A stretch of 62,223 bases of DNA, counting the filler. It is 7 parts of 7 records of this genome, joined end to end, with 100 filler letters (N's around TTAATTAATTAA, not from the genome) between each part and the next. Parts side by side here need not be neighbours in the genome. Positions count along the whole stretch, not along the records: positions 1 to 20,018 come from SRR20825010_4215; 6 more parts are not named here. One strand, given 5' to 3'. The notes below the pieces were generated by a model. It made no database searches, was not told where the DNA came from, and saw only the letters and a program-made list of their open reading frames with translations. This document shows, one piece after another, positions 1 through 10,450 of the stretch. The number at the start of each line of letters is the position of its first letter. Position 1 is the first letter of the stretch. The translations under genes and the position numbers were made by a program.

Positions 1-267
1 GCCGGTGAAATTCTGCTGACCAGCATGGATCGCGATGGCACCAAGAACGGTTTTGACATCGCGCTGACCCGTGCCATCTCCGATGCGGTGCCGGTGCCGG
101 TGATTGCCTCGGGTGGGGTGGGCAACCTGCAGCATCTGGTGGATGGTGTGCAGCAGGGCGGCGCCGATGCGGTGCTGGCGGCGTCGATTTTCCACTTCGG
201 CGAATATTCGGTGCAAGAGGCCAAGGAATTTATGCAGTCGGCCGGAGTGGAAATGCGCTTGGGCTGA
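1..267 (+). CDS. hisF: Imidazole glycerol phosphate synthase subunit HisF, 3' part (5' truncated by window edge)
   Basis: [26 protein letters not shown] and [12 protein letters not shown] motifs; open from base 1. Confidence 0.95.
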   Translation, partial: AGEILLTSMDRDGTKNGFDIALTRAISDAVPVPVIASGGVGNLQHLVDGVQQGGADAVLAASIFHFGEYSVQEAKEFMQSAGVEMRLG

Positions 268-417
268 TCATCGCCCGGCCTTCTTTCGCTTGGATTAACC
301 TCCTGTCACAACTTTAGCCGCTACGTACTGGCTATAAATGGAACCCTGTTTTACTCTCGATGTTTTGGGGGCGCTGCCCCCGTTGAAAGACCATAAAAAA
401 ATCACGGGAGAGTTGTA

Positions 418-1305
418 ATGGGTTCAGGTGCGTTGATTGATATCGGGCTGCCGTTATCGTTGTTTCTGATCATGGTGGGGATGGGCATGACCCTGACCCC
501 CAAAGATTTCCGCGAAGTTGTCATTGCCCCGCGTGGCACCTTCTATGGCCTGGTCTGCCAGATACTCCTGCTCCCGCTCATCGCCCTGGGCGTGGCACTG
601 GCGCTGGACCTGTCGCCAGCGCTGGCGGTGGGCCTTATCGTGATTGCCGCCTGCCCGGGCGGTACAACCTCCAATCTGTTTGTCTATCTGGGGCGCGGTG
701 ATGTGGCGCTGTCCATTGTGCTCACGGTACTGGCCAGCCTGATTACCATTGTCACGTTGCCTGCCTTTACCGGTTGGGGCCTGGAGCGTTTTCAGGACAC
801 CGCCAAAGCGCTGGAACTGCCCGTGATGCGCACCATCATTACCCTGTTCGTGATTATCTTGTTGCCGGTGGCCATCGGCATGGCTATTCGCCACTTTCGT
901 CAAAACTGGGCCGAAAAAGGCGAGAAAGCCGTGGGGCTGCTGGGGCTGGCGGTGATGGTGGCGGTGATTGCGCTGCTGCTGGTGGAGCTGGGTGAAGAGG
1001 CTCTGGAGCTGTTCAAAAAAGCGGGAGTGTCCGCCATTATTCTTAATGTGGCCGGGATCATTCTGGGCATGGTGGGGGGCCGGGTGATCGGCTTGAGCCG
1101 GGATCAGGCCTTCACCGTGGCCATCGAGCTGGGTATCAAGAACGGTACGCTGGGCTTGATGGTGACCTTGACCCTGCTGCATTCCGAGGCCATGTCTGTG
1201 CCGTCGGCTGTTTATGGCGTGCTGATGTTTGCTTTCGGCTTCTTGATGATCGGCTACGCCAGGCTCACGGGTATTGGCAAGAGCCGGGATCAGGACCCGG
1301 CGTGA
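418..1305 (+). CDS. Bile acid:sodium symporter (BASS) family transporter
   Basis: Polytopic membrane protein with ACPGGTTSN and ELGIKNGTL motifs. Confidence 0.9.
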   Translation: MGSGALIDIGLPLSLFLIMVGMGMTLTPKDFREVVIAPRGTFYGLVCQILLLPLIALGVALALDLSPALAVGLIVIAACPGGTTSNLFVYLGRGDVALSIVLTVLASLITIVTLPAFTGWGLERFQDTAKALELPVMRTIITLFVIILLPVAIGMAIRHFRQNWAEKGEKAVGLLGLAVMVAVIALLLVELGEEALELFKKAGVSAIILNVAGIILGMVGGRVIGLSRDQAFTVAIELGIKNGTLGLMVTLTLLHSEAMSVPSAVYGVLMFAFGFLMIGYARLTGIGKSRDQDPA

Positions 1306-2069
1306 ACTTCGCTCCCGGTGGTGGCAGTGGTCACCGCCGGGGTGCTCAATAGCGTGGACACCGGCACCACCTCAATGCCGGCGTCTTGCATCAAGGGCAG
1401 TACCTGCTGCAGGTAGTGCACGGTTTCCGGGTAGGGGTGGCCGATGGCAATCGCCTGGCCGCGTTGCCGGGCCAGCCGGATCAGCCGGTTGAACTGCTCA
1501 TTGATGCTGACCAGATTGCGTTCATTATCCAGAAAGACGTCGCGCCCGGCGTGGGATAGTCCTACCTGCCGGGCCACCTGCTGTGCCACGGAATGACTGC
1601 TGGTGCGGCTGTCCACAAAGAATAGCTGGTGTGCCTTCAATTCTGTCATCAGCCAGCCCATGGGCTGTGGCTGCTCGGTGAGCGCGCTGCCCATATGGTT
1701 GTTCAGGCCGCGAGCCTGGGGAATCTGGCTCAGGGCCTGACGCACCGCGTTCAGTAACTGAGGTTCATCCATGCCGTCCTGCAGGCCGCCCCGGTCAAGT
1801 TTCAGATGACTCTGTGCGGCCATGGGCATGTGCACCAGAACTTCCTTGCCGGCCAGGCTGGCCTGCTCCGCGAGCCGGTGGGCATGGGGGGAAAAGGGGA
1901 TCACCGCGCAGGTGACCGGCGCGGGCAGGTCCACAATGGCCTGGCCGTGTTGCCGGCTGTAGCCCAGGTCATCAATGATGATGGCAATGCGGGGCGTGGC
2001 CAGCGCGCTGGCGCTTAACAGCAGCCCCGGTAGCAGCCACCCCAGGGCCAGTAACCGGCCTGTCATCAA
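1290..2069 (-). CDS. Divergent polysaccharide deacetylase family protein (YibQ-like)
   Basis: IAIIIDDLG, HMPM, NNHMGS, FVDSRT, RDVFLDN and AIGHP motifs; downstream of ctpA. Confidence 0.92.
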   Translation of the reverse strand: MMTGRLLALGWLLPGLLLSASALATPRIAIIIDDLGYSRQHGQAIVDLPAPVTCAVIPFSPHAHRLAEQASLAGKEVLVHMPMAAQSHLKLDRGGLQDGMDEPQLLNAVRQALSQIPQARGLNNHMGSALTEQPQPMGWLMTELKAHQLFFVDSRTSSHSVAQQVARQVGLSHAGRDVFLDNERNLVSINEQFNRLIRLARQRGQAIAIGHPYPETVHYLQQVLPLMQDAGIEVVPVSTLLSTPAVTTATTGSEVHAGS

Positions 2070-3385
2070 GGCTGGTCGGGTTGTGAGGCGTGGGCGGGGC
2101 GCTGAGTGAGGACGACACCTTTGAGAATGGAGAGCGCCTGCGCCAGCGGGTAATCGTCTTCGGCCAGGGAGCTGCGTTTCTTCTCTTTCTCGCTGTCGCC
2201 GTTTTCATTATCCAGATGGCGAGGCAAGTCTGCTTCGCGCAGGTGCATGTCTTCGCGTACTTCGATCTTGGTGACCACATCCACGGCAATGTCGGGCTCA
2301 ATGCCCTCTGCCTGAATGGAGCGCCCCTTTGGGGTGTAATAACGGGCAGTGGTGAGTTTCAGGGCGCGGTCCTTGCTCAATGGTAATACCGTTTGTACTG
2401 AGCCTTTGCCGAAGGTGCGGTTGCCCACCACGATGGCGCGCTCCTGGTCCTGCAGGGCGCCGGCCACGATTTCCGATGCGGAGGCGCTGCCGCCGTTGAC
2501 CAGTACCACCAGCGGTTTGCCGTTCAGTGCATCGCCGGCGCTGGCATCAAAGTCGTTTCGGCTCGCCTTGTCGCGGCCCTGGGTGTACACCACCAGGCCG
2601 GCATCCAGGAACAGGTCGGTGACTTCCACGGCACCGTTGAGTACGCCGCCGGGGTTGTTGCGCAGATCGAGAATCAGGCCGTTAAGAGTGGTGTCCTTGT
2701 TGAGCTTTTCCAGCGCTTTGCGGGCGTCGTCACCGGTGTTGTTCTGGAACTGGGAAATGCGCAGGTAGCCCAGGCCGGGTTCCAGCATTTTTGATTTCAC
2801 GCTGTGGGTCTGGATGCGGTCACGTTCGAGGCTGACCTGGCGGGGCTTTTCGTCGCCTTCGCTAAGGACCATCAACTCGATTTTAGTGCCGATTTCCCCG
2901 CGCATCAGCTCTACGGCTTCGCCCAGAGTCAGCCCTTTCACGAAGGTGTCATCGATCTTGAGGATCAGGTCGCCTGCGAGAATGCCGGCGTTGCTGGCCG
3001 GGGAGTCATCCACCGGAGTGACTACTTTGACAAAGCCGTCCTCCATGGTGACCTCGATGCCAAGGCCGCCGAATTCGCCGGTGGTGGTCACCTGCAGGTC
3101 GTCAAACTGGTCCGGGGTCAGGTAGTTGGAGTGAGGGTCCAGATCGTGGAGCATGCCACGGATGGCGGCTTCCAGCAGTTCACGATCATCCACGTCCTCA
3201 ATGTAGGCTGCGCGAATGCGTTCCATGACCTCGGCAAAGGCGCGCAGCTCGTCCACCGGGACGCCTTGCTGGCGGGCTTGCTCATCAAGGGCAGGGTCCT
3301 GGGCGTGAAGTGCGGTGAGCGGGCTAAGGGCAAGCAGGCCCGTGAGCGCGACAGAACGGAGCGTGGGCAGGATGGTTGTTGGCAT
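2066..3385 (-). CDS. ctpA: C-terminal processing peptidase, S41 family, with PDZ domain
   Basis: LDPHS, FGGLGIEV, LDLRNNPGG, SASASEIVAGALQD and FGKGSVQ motifs. Confidence 0.95.
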   Translation of the reverse strand: MPTTILPTLRSVALTGLLALSPLTALHAQDPALDEQARQQGVPVDELRAFAEVMERIRAAYIEDVDDRELLEAAIRGMLHDLDPHSNYLTPDQFDDLQVTTTGEFGGLGIEVTMEDGFVKVVTPVDDSPASNAGILAGDLILKIDDTFVKGLTLGEAVELMRGEIGTKIELMVLSEGDEKPRQVSLERDRIQTHSVKSKMLEPGLGYLRISQFQNNTGDDARKALEKLNKDTTLNGLILDLRNNPGGVLNGAVEVTDLFLDAGLVVYTQGRDKASRNDFDASAGDALNGKPLVVLVNGGSASASEIVAGALQDQERAIVVGNRTFGKGSVQTVLPLSKDRALKLTTARYYTPKGRSIQAEGIEPDIAVDVVTKIEVREDMHLREADLPRHLDNENGDSEKEKKRSSLAEDDYPLAQALSILKGVVLTQRPAHASQPDQP

Positions 3386-3438
3386 TCAGGATCCCCGGCG
3401 GGCACAGGAAAAAGGTGTGCGCGTGTCAAAGTTCATCA

Positions 3439-4602
3439 TCAATTTTGCGCCAATGGCGGCAGTGTAACACGCTGATTGCACCAGCGTGTGGGGTTCACAG
3501 CCTTGCCCCGGTGGCGTATCTCGAAGTAGAGACCGTTGGTCCGGTTGCCGCCGGAATTCCCGGCCAGGGCCAGGCTGTCACCGGCGGATACCCATTCGCC
3601 GACCTCGCGCAACAGGCTCTGGTTATAGCCGTAAAGAGTCAGGTAGCCGTTGCCGTGATCAACAATGGTTAGCAAGCCATAGCCGCGTAGCCAGTCAGCG
3701 AACACCACGCGGCCGGAATGGATCGCCCGGACCGGGGTACCGGGGGCGGCATTGAAAATAACGCCTTGCCAGCGCAGTGCTCCTTCCCGGCGGCTGTTAT
3801 AGCCGGTGGAAATGCGCGCCTCCACGGGCCAGGGGAGTTTACCGGCCAGCTTGCCGAAGGGCTTGCCGCCCAGGTCAGCAGGGATGTCATTAAGGCTGCG
3901 TTGCATGTCTTCCAGCAGTTTTTGCAGGCGTTGTTGGTCAGCCTTGAGCTGGTTGAGGTTGCTGCCACGGTCATCCAGTGAGCGGTTCAGTGATGCCAGT
4001 GTGGTCTGGCGCTCTTTCTGGGCGGTTTGCAGCTTGTCCGCATGGCGTTGAACGTCGGAACGCTTGTCCAGCAGGGCTTGGCGGGCCTTGTCCACGCGCA
4101 GGGCGATGGCTTTGAGTTCATCCAGCTCACCATTGACGGCCTTGAGGCGGTCGGTACGGGCGCGCTGATAATATTCCTGGTAACGCAGCAGGCGGGCGAT
4201 CTGGTCGGGCTGCTCCTGGTTGAGCAGTAATTTGATGCGTTCCTGGCGGCCGGCCTGGTAGCTGGCGCGCACGGTTTTGCCCAGCCAGTCCAGTTGGGTG
4301 CGTTTCTCTGCAGCTAGCACTGCCTGCTCTGCTTCCAGGTTTTTGAGGCGTTGTTGGGCGGTGCTGGCCTTTTTTTCCAGGCTCCGTTGTTCCCGGGTCA
4401 ACCGGCTGATGCGCAGTTCTGCCTCGCGCAGGCTGGCCTGCACGGAATCGCGTTCGCGCAATTCGCGGTTCTGGGCCTCGCTCAATTCGCTGATGCGGGA
4501 TTTGAGTTTCTCCAGCTGGGCCTTGCTGGGCGCAGTGTCCGCCGCACCGCTAACAGGGAGCAGGGTCGGGAGCAGCAGAAGCAGTAGTAATCGTCGGGTC
4601 AT
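3439..4602 (-). CDS. envC: Murein hydrolase activator EnvC (coiled coil plus degenerate M23 domain)
   Basis: Signal peptide, long coiled coil, WLRGYG...DHGNGYLTLYGYNQ...LYFEIR; envC-ctpA-deacetylase order. Confidence 0.92.
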   Translation of the reverse strand: MTRRLLLLLLLPTLLPVSGAADTAPSKAQLEKLKSRISELSEAQNRELRERDSVQASLREAELRISRLTREQRSLEKKASTAQQRLKNLEAEQAVLAAEKRTQLDWLGKTVRASYQAGRQERIKLLLNQEQPDQIARLLRYQEYYQRARTDRLKAVNGELDELKAIALRVDKARQALLDKRSDVQRHADKLQTAQKERQTTLASLNRSLDDRGSNLNQLKADQQRLQKLLEDMQRSLNDIPADLGGKPFGKLAGKLPWPVEARISTGYNSRREGALRWQGVIFNAAPGTPVRAIHSGRVVFADWLRGYGLLTIVDHGNGYLTLYGYNQSLLREVGEWVSAGDSLALAGNSGGNRTNGLYFEIRHRGKAVNPTRWCNQRVTLPPLAQN

Positions 4603-4737
4603 GGCGCGGTTTTACCTTAACGGCCCGGGGATGTGTATACTTGGCGCCGATTTTCCTTCGGCTTTCTTTCCCGGGGGGAAGCAGTGGCGCGCACCATCGG
4701 CGCCGATTAGAGCCAACGCTAATGATCCGGGGTTTCC

Positions 4738-5154
4738 ATGGGCAATCTGATTGAATTCGCCAGCAACCATTATATTCTGGTGTCCGCCTTTTTCCTGTTG
4801 TGGGCACTGTTTTTTGTGCTTGAGTCCCGCCGTGGCGGCCAGTCTCTAACACCGCAGTTGGCCACCAACATGGTGAACCAGAAAGACGCGGTGATCGTGG
4901 ATCTGCGCGACAGTGATGAGTTCCGCACCGGGCATATTGCCGGTAGCATCAATATTCCCGCCGGGCAGGCGCTTGATCGTATTGCAGAGCTGGAAAAATA
5001 CAAGGACAAACCCCTCATCCTGACTTGTGATATGGGGGCAAAGGCCTCACATCTGGGGCGGCAGCTGCGCACCAAGGGTTTTTCCGACCTGTATCGCATT
5101 CAGGGTGGCCTGAACGCCTGGCGGTCAGCCAGCCTGCCGGTGGTTAAAGAGTAA
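4738..5154 (+). CDS. Rhodanese-like membrane-anchored protein (YibN-like)
   Basis: N-terminal TM, DLR..EF..GHIAGS and GGLNAW; precedes grxC-secB. Confidence 0.9.
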   Translation: MGNLIEFASNHYILVSAFFLLWALFFVLESRRGGQSLTPQLATNMVNQKDAVIVDLRDSDEFRTGHIAGSINIPAGQALDRIAELEKYKDKPLILTCDMGAKASHLGRQLRTKGFSDLYRIQGGLNAWRSASLPVVKE

Positions 5155-5167
5155 GCAGGAGGCAGAG

Positions 5168-5428
5168 ATGGCCAAGGTCGAACTGTATACCACTGCCTGG
5201 TGCCCGTTTTGCGTGCGTGCCAAGCAGTTGCTGAACAGCAAGAATGTGGTGTTCGAGGATACCGATGTGGATCGCGAGCCCCAGCAGCGTGTAGTCATGA
5301 TGCAGCGCGGCGGTGCCCGCACGGTGCCGCAGATTTTCATTAATGATCACGCCATCGGTGGCTGTGATGAACTTTTTGCTCTGGAGCGGGCGGGGGAGCT
5401 CGATGCTCTGCTCGGAGCAGGCCAGTAA
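5168..5428 (+). CDS. grxC: Glutaredoxin 3
   Basis: CPFC, TVPQIFI and GGCDEL motifs. Confidence 0.95.
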   Translation: MAKVELYTTAWCPFCVRAKQLLNSKNVVFEDTDVDREPQQRVVMMQRGGARTVPQIFINDHAIGGCDELFALERAGELDALLGAGQ

Positions 5429-5440
5429 CAGGAGAAGAGC

Positions 5441-5914
5441 ATGGCTGATGAACAGCAACAGGTTTTCCAACTGCAGCGTATTTACCTGAAAGACACGTCC
5501 TTCGAGTGCCCGGGTGCACCGGAAGTGTTCCTGCAGGAATGGAAACCCAAGGTGAACGTGCAGCTGAACAACAGCGCCCGCCGTGTTGGTGAAGGTGATG
5601 AGTTCGAAGTGGAAATCACCGTGACGGTGACCGCCAAGGACGAAGCCGAAGAAAAGACGTTCTACCTGGTGGAAGTGAAGCAGGCAGGCATCTTTACCGT
5701 GAAAGGCATCGAAGGCGAAGAGCGGGCGCAATTGCTCGGCGCGTATTGCCCGAATCTGCTGTTCCCGTATGTCCGTGAAGTGGTGTCGGACCTGGTGGCC
5801 AAGGGGTCATTCCCGCAGATGGTGCTGCAGCCGATCAACTTCGATGCGCTGTATCAGCAGCAGCGTCAGCAGCAACAGGAAAATGCTGCGGCGGCGGGCG
5901 AGACCGTTCAGTAA
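5441..5914 (+). CDS. secB: Protein-export chaperone SecB
   Basis: LQRIYLKDTSFE, EVKQAGIF and CPNLLFPYVRE motifs. Confidence 0.97.
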   Translation: MADEQQQVFQLQRIYLKDTSFECPGAPEVFLQEWKPKVNVQLNNSARRVGEGDEFEVEITVTVTAKDEAEEKTFYLVEVKQAGIFTVKGIEGEERAQLLGAYCPNLLFPYVREVVSDLVAKGSFPQMVLQPINFDALYQQQRQQQQENAAAAGETVQ

Positions 5915-5976
5915 ACTGCAATTAATGGTTAATAACGGATAGTTAAAAGCTGCGCGAGCAGCGTTTGTTATGCCGG

Positions 5977-6021
5977 AACGCAAAAGGCCGCGCCCAGAGT
6001 ATGGGCGCGGCCTTTTGCGTT
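5977..6021. terminator. Bidirectional intrinsic terminator between secB and trmL
   Basis: AACGCAAAAGGCCGCGCCC-loop-GGGCGCGGCCTTTTGCGTT inverted repeat between convergent genes. Confidence 0.8.
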
Positions 6022-6067
6022 TCAATACGGACAAAATCTATCCCGTGACGTTATTAATTATTCATTA

Positions 6068-6538
6068 TTAACTATTCGCTGCCCCTTCGTATCCCCGTTG
6101 TCGCCATGCTTCATAGAGCGTTACGGCAACGGCATTGCTGAGATTAAGGCTGCGGCTATCCGCCACCATGGGCAGGCGCAATCTCTGTGTTGGCGGCAGA
6201 CTTTCCAGAATGGGGTCCGGCAGGCCGCGGGTTTCCGGCCCGAATAACAGAACATCTCCGTCCTGAAAACAGGCTTCGCTATGGGGGCGGCTACCCTTGG
6301 TGGTCATGGCGAACAGCCGCTGGCCAGCGACACTTTCCTGAAATGCGGCAAAATCCCGATGCACCTGTAATGCGGCGAACTCGTTGTAGTCGAGGCCGGC
6401 GCGGCGCAGTTTCTTCTCTTCCAGGGAAAACCCTAATGGCTCAATCAGATGCAACTGGGCGCCGGTGTTGGCGGCCAGGCGGATAATGTTGCCGGTGTTG
6501 GGGGGGATTTCCGGCTCGAACAGGGCGATATGCAGCAT
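6068..6538 (-). CDS. trmL: tRNA (cytidine/uridine-34 2'-O)-methyltransferase TrmL
   Basis: [26 protein letters not shown] and SLNLSNAV motifs; start placed at MLHIAL. Confidence 0.95.
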   Translation of the reverse strand: MLHIALFEPEIPPNTGNIIRLAANTGAQLHLIEPLGFSLEEKKLRRAGLDYNEFAALQVHRDFAAFQESVAGQRLFAMTTKGSRPHSEACFQDGDVLLFGPETRGLPDPILESLPPTQRLRLPMVADSRSLNLSNAVAVTLYEAWRQRGYEGAANS

Positions 6539-6630
6539 GTCGGGTTTTGCCTTGGCGGGGTGGGCGTGGTACTGATCGGCACTAGGGTAAGAGCTACGAT
6601 AAGCGCTACGACAAGAATAACAGGACATGG

Positions 6631-6966
6631 ATGATGATGTGGAAACGCGAGACCTTGGTGTTGTTGTTTTTACTGGCCGGTTGCAATGAGCCTTCGCCGC
6701 AGGACAAGCCCGGGCAGCTCCTTTATGTGGCGCCCTATGGCTCGGCATGTATTGGTGTCGGCGTAATGGAGTGTTTGCGGGTCAAGCAGGAGGTCGATGC
6801 CAATTGGGAGTTATTCTATAACCACGTAGAGGGCTTTACTTACGAAGAGGGGTTTCAGTACACCCTGCGAGTGAAGGTCGAAAACGTGGAATCGCCACCG
6901 GCGGATGGCAGCAGCTTGCGCTATACACTGCTGGAAGTGGTGGAGAAAACCCCGGTGAACCCGTAA
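6631..6966 (+). CDS. DUF4377-like lipoprotein
   Basis: Lipobox [20 protein letters not shown] and [10 protein letters not shown] motifs. Confidence 0.8.
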   Translation: MMMWKRETLVLLFLLAGCNEPSPQDKPGQLLYVAPYGSACIGVGVMECLRVKQEVDANWELFYNHVEGFTYEEGFQYTLRVKVENVESPPADGSSLRYTLLEVVEKTPVNP

Positions 6967-6982
6967 CGAAAGGAGAGGCCTG

Positions 6983-7318
6983 GTGAAGTGTGTGTTTCAG
7001 GCGCGACACATGATTGAAGCCCATATGCTGGCCAACCTGCTGGACCAGGTGGGTATCATGGCCCAGGTGCATGGCGATATGTTGCAGGGCGGCATGGGTG
7101 AGCTGCCGGCGGCGGGCCTGGCGACAGTATGGGTGGCCGCCAACGATGAAACGCGGGCCCGGGAAGTGATTGCTGAGTTCGAGGCCAGTCAGCCGGCGGA
7201 TCCGGGAGAGGGGGCGTCCACTATCGGTGCGGCACCGCTGGCCGGGCAGGGATTTATGGCGGGTTTGATAGTGGGGTTGGTGATCGGCGCGGTGCTGGTG
7301 TTGATGTTATTGCGTTAA
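6983..7318 (+). CDS. DUF2007-like putative signal-transducing protein with C-terminal TM
   Basis: IEAHML..LL..GI and GELP pattern; hydrophobic C-terminus; GGAGAGG RBS. Confidence 0.75.
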   Translation: MKCVFQARHMIEAHMLANLLDQVGIMAQVHGDMLQGGMGELPAAGLATVWVAANDETRAREVIAEFEASQPADPGEGASTIGAAPLAGQGFMAGLIVGLVIGAVLVLMLLR

Positions 7319-7693
7319 AGGCGCGCTGACGATGCGCTTGACACCAAAAAGGTGAGTGATCAGCCGGTTTCAGGCCTTGTCTCATCATCATCGGCTGGCA
7401 ACCGCTGGACGCTGGATGCCCGACGACAGACGCTTGCATTCAAAAGCTGAAACCCATGGACGCGATGCTCTCTGTGCAAAATGCATTAGCCGATTATTCC
7501 CTGAATGATGGCCCTGACTATTCCTGAAAAACCTCAAAACACCCCTCAAAGGAGATGCCGCAATAACGGCAGCCACTCAGGCTATGAGCTTTTACGTCAG
7601 GCCTTCGGCGTCGAGCGTTTGGCAAAGTGCCGGGTATTCGCGATAACCCCATCAGACGGCGAGAAGCGAGTTATTCACCCTGATACGCGATGA

Positions 7694-7736
7694 ACACAAA
7701 AAAACGCCACGTTTTTAGGCGTGGCGTTTTTTGTGT
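7694..7736 (-). terminator. Intrinsic terminator of typA
   Basis: AAAAAACGCCACG-loop-CGTGGCGTTTTTT hairpin just past the typA stop. Confidence 0.8.
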
Positions 7737-7758
7737 GCAGCGTGGTTGCGCCTCTTGC

Positions 7759-9567
7759 TTACCGGCCGGCGCGCTTGCGCTCGGTTTCGGTGAGTAGCTT
7801 CTTGCGAATACGCAGGGAGTTGGGGGTCACTTCTACCAGCTCGTCGTCTTCGATGAAGTCCAGCGCCTGTTCCAGGCTGAAACGGATCGGCGGGGTGAGA
7901 ACGATGTTCTCATCGGTGCCGGAGGCGCGCATGTTGGTCAGCTGCTTGCCCTTGGTGGGGTTGACCACCAGGTCGTTGCCACGGCTGTGGATGCCGATGA
8001 TCTGGCCCTCGTACACGTCCACGTTCGGGTCGATCAGCATGCGGCCACGTTCTTGCAGGTTGAACAGGGCGAAGCCCAGCACTTTGCCTTTCACCATGGA
8101 TACCAGCACACCGTTGATGCGTTTGGCCATGTCGCCGGCCTTGTGCTCGCCGTAGTGGCTGAAGGTGCTGTTAAGGATGCCGGTGCCGGAAGTCAGGGTC
8201 AGGAACTGGCTACGGAAACCGATCAGGCCTCGACTTGGTACCAGGAATTCCAGGCGAACCCGGCCTTTGCCGTCCGGTTCCATGTTGGTCATCTCGGCCT
8301 TGCGCAGCCCCAGGTGCTCCATGATGGCGCCCTGATGCTGTTCTTCCACGTCGGCCACAACCGTTTCGTAGGGTTCCTGCTTCACGCCGTCTTCTTCACG
8401 GATGATTACCTGCGGGCGGCCTACGGCTAGCTCGAAGCCTTCGCGACGCATGTTCTCGATCAGTACCGACAGGTGCAGCTCGCCACGGCCGGAGACGCGG
8501 AACTGGTCGGCGCTGCCGGTTTCTTCAACGCGCAGGGCCACGTTGTGCTTGAGTTCGGCTTCCAGGCGCTCACGGATCTGGCGGCTGGTAACGAACTTGC
8601 CGTCCTGGCCGGCAAAAGGTGAGGTGTTCACGTGGAAGAACATGCTGACGGTGGGTTCGTCCACGCTCAGCGGGGTCAGCGCTTCCACATTCAGCGGATC
8701 ACACAGGGTGTCGGAAATGTTCAGCGGATCCAGGCCGGTGATGCAGACGATTTCGCCAGCGGACGCAGTGGTGGCATCGACGCGCTCCAGGCCGTGGTAA
8801 CCCATGATGGTGAGGATCTTGCCGTTACGGACATTGCCGTCGGCGCCGATCACTTTCACCGGGCTGTTGGCCTTGATGTTGCCGCGCTTGACCCGGCCAA
8901 TACCGACGATACCCAGGTAGCTGTTGTAGTCCAGAGAGGAAATTTGCATCTGGAAGGGGCCGTCCGCGTCTACGTTCGGGTAGTCCACCTTGTCGACGAT
9001 GGCTTGCAGCAGCGGGGTCATGTCGTCGGCCAGATCATCCGCGTCCAGGCCGGCAATGCCGTTCAGGGCGGAGGCGTAGATCACCGGGAAGTCCAGTTGC
9101 TCGTCGGTGGCGCCCAGGTTGTCGAACAGGTCGAAGACCTGATCCATCACCCAGTCCGGGCGGGCACCGGGGCGGTCGATCTTGTTGATCACGACGATGG
9201 GTCTGAGGCCGGCGGCGAACGCTTTCTGGGTCACGAAGCGGGTTTGCGGCATGGGGCCGTCCACTGCGTCTACCAGCAGCAGCACGGAATCCACCATGGA
9301 CATAACCCGCTCTACCTCACCGCCGAAGTCGGCGTGGCCAGGGGTGTCCACGATGTTGATGCGATAGTCATTCCACTGGATGGCGGTGTTCTTGGACAGA
9401 ATGGTAATGCCCCGCTCTTTTTCCAGGTCGTTGGAGTCCATGACCCGTTCGATGTCGCCGGCGCGATCTCCCAGGGTGCCAGACTGTTGCAGCAGCTTGT
9501 CCACCAGGGTGGTCTTGCCGTGGTCAACGTGGGCGATGATGGCGATATTGCGCAGACGTTCAATCAC
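7759..9567 (-). CDS. typA: Translational GTPase TypA/BipA
   Basis: [33 protein letters not shown] and GRGELHL motifs; GTG start at 9567 with GGAG RBS. Confidence 0.97.
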   Translation of the reverse strand: MIERLRNIAIIAHVDHGKTTLVDKLLQQSGTLGDRAGDIERVMDSNDLEKERGITILSKNTAIQWNDYRINIVDTPGHADFGGEVERVMSMVDSVLLLVDAVDGPMPQTRFVTQKAFAAGLRPIVVINKIDRPGARPDWVMDQVFDLFDNLGATDEQLDFPVIYASALNGIAGLDADDLADDMTPLLQAIVDKVDYPNVDADGPFQMQISSLDYNSYLGIVGIGRVKRGNIKANSPVKVIGADGNVRNGKILTIMGYHGLERVDATTASAGEIVCITGLDPLNISDTLCDPLNVEALTPLSVDEPTVSMFFHVNTSPFAGQDGKFVTSRQIRERLEAELKHNVALRVEETGSADQFRVSGRGELHLSVLIENMRREGFELAVGRPQVIIREEDGVKQEPYETVVADVEEQHQGAIMEHLGLRKAEMTNMEPDGKGRVRLEFLVPSRGLIGFRSQFLTLTSGTGILNSTFSHYGEHKAGDMAKRINGVLVSMVKGKVLGFALFNLQERGRMLIDPNVDVYEGQIIGIHSRGNDLVVNPTKGKQLTNMRASGTDENIVLTPPIRFSLEQALDFIEDDELVEVTPNSLRIRKKLLTETERKRAGR

Positions 9568-9835
9568 TAGTGTTGCTCCAAATATGGTGGGCGAAACCGT
9601 GCCAGCGGTTTCGCAGGGGCGCGCATTATAGCAGCGTAGCGTGTGGGTGATAGCCCGCCGGTCAGCCTTTATCGTAAGATTGGCAATTGTGAACAAGTTC
9701 AAAATTTCACGGTTGAGCCTGCGAGAGGCTCAATGATCGCCTAGAATGGCGCAACCATTTTCCGGGGGACCGGTCAGAGGCTGGGTCGGAAATCCCGTGA
9801 TCAGGCTGTAATGCTTTTACAATCAGGTTGTTATA

Positions 9836-10450
9836 ATGCGCACATTCCTTGCTTTGCTGTTGGCGCTGGCGCCCTTGGTGGTGGTGGCTGACGACTCATC
9901 CGGCAAGATGATTTATGGCTTGCACGAAAAAGTGCATATCAAGGAGTTGGGCATTACGGTACCTGCCAAGCTGGATACGGGGGCGGATTCTGCCTCCCTG
10001 AGCGCTCGTTACATCCGTACTTTTGAGCAGGATGGCGTGGAAATGGTCGAGTTCGACCTGTCCATCGACCGCGATGACCGGGAAGATTGGGGTATTAGCG
10101 CGGAACAATGGGATGATGTGGAGCTGCCACTGTCAGGGCATGTGCGCATCAAGCGACGGGCAGAAAGTGTGTCGCCGGGTGAGAGGGACTACAGCCGTCG
10201 TCCGGTGGTAACCCTGACGGTTTGCATGGGCAACCGCCAGGAACAGATTGAAGTTAACCTGACAGACCGCAGCGAGTTTCGTTATCCGTTGCTAATGGGC
10301 TCCGAAGCGCTGCAAGGCCTGGGCGCATTGGTGGACCCATCGCTATCGATGGCGGTGGGCGAACCCGGTTGTCAGGCCAGTGAAGACAATAGTGAAGACA
10401 AGGTTGTCGAGAGCGACGACGAGACAATGGAGGCTGCCGAGGCGCTATAA
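9836..10450 (+). CDS. Secreted retropepsin-like peptidase (RimK-associated; often annotated ATP-dependent zinc protease)
   Basis: Signal peptide, AKLDTGA, RRPVV and VNLTDRSEFRYPLLMG motifs. Confidence 0.85.
   Translation: MRTFLALLLALAPLVVVADDSSGKMIYGLHEKVHIKELGITVPAKLDTGADSASLSARYIRTFEQDGVEMVEFDLSIDRDDREDWGISAEQWDDVELPLSGHVRIKRRAESVSPGERDYSRRPVVTLTVCMGNRQEQIEVNLTDRSEFRYPLLMGSEALQGLGALVDPSLSMAVGEPGCQASEDNSEDKVVESDDETMEAAEAL

Noticed and set aside
7320-7690. About 370-nt intergenic stretch with short ORFs and a weak GGCCCTGAC...GTCAGGCC inverted pair
   Set aside because: Could be a decayed repeat or sRNA, but I found no convincing structure, repeat copy or coding signal.
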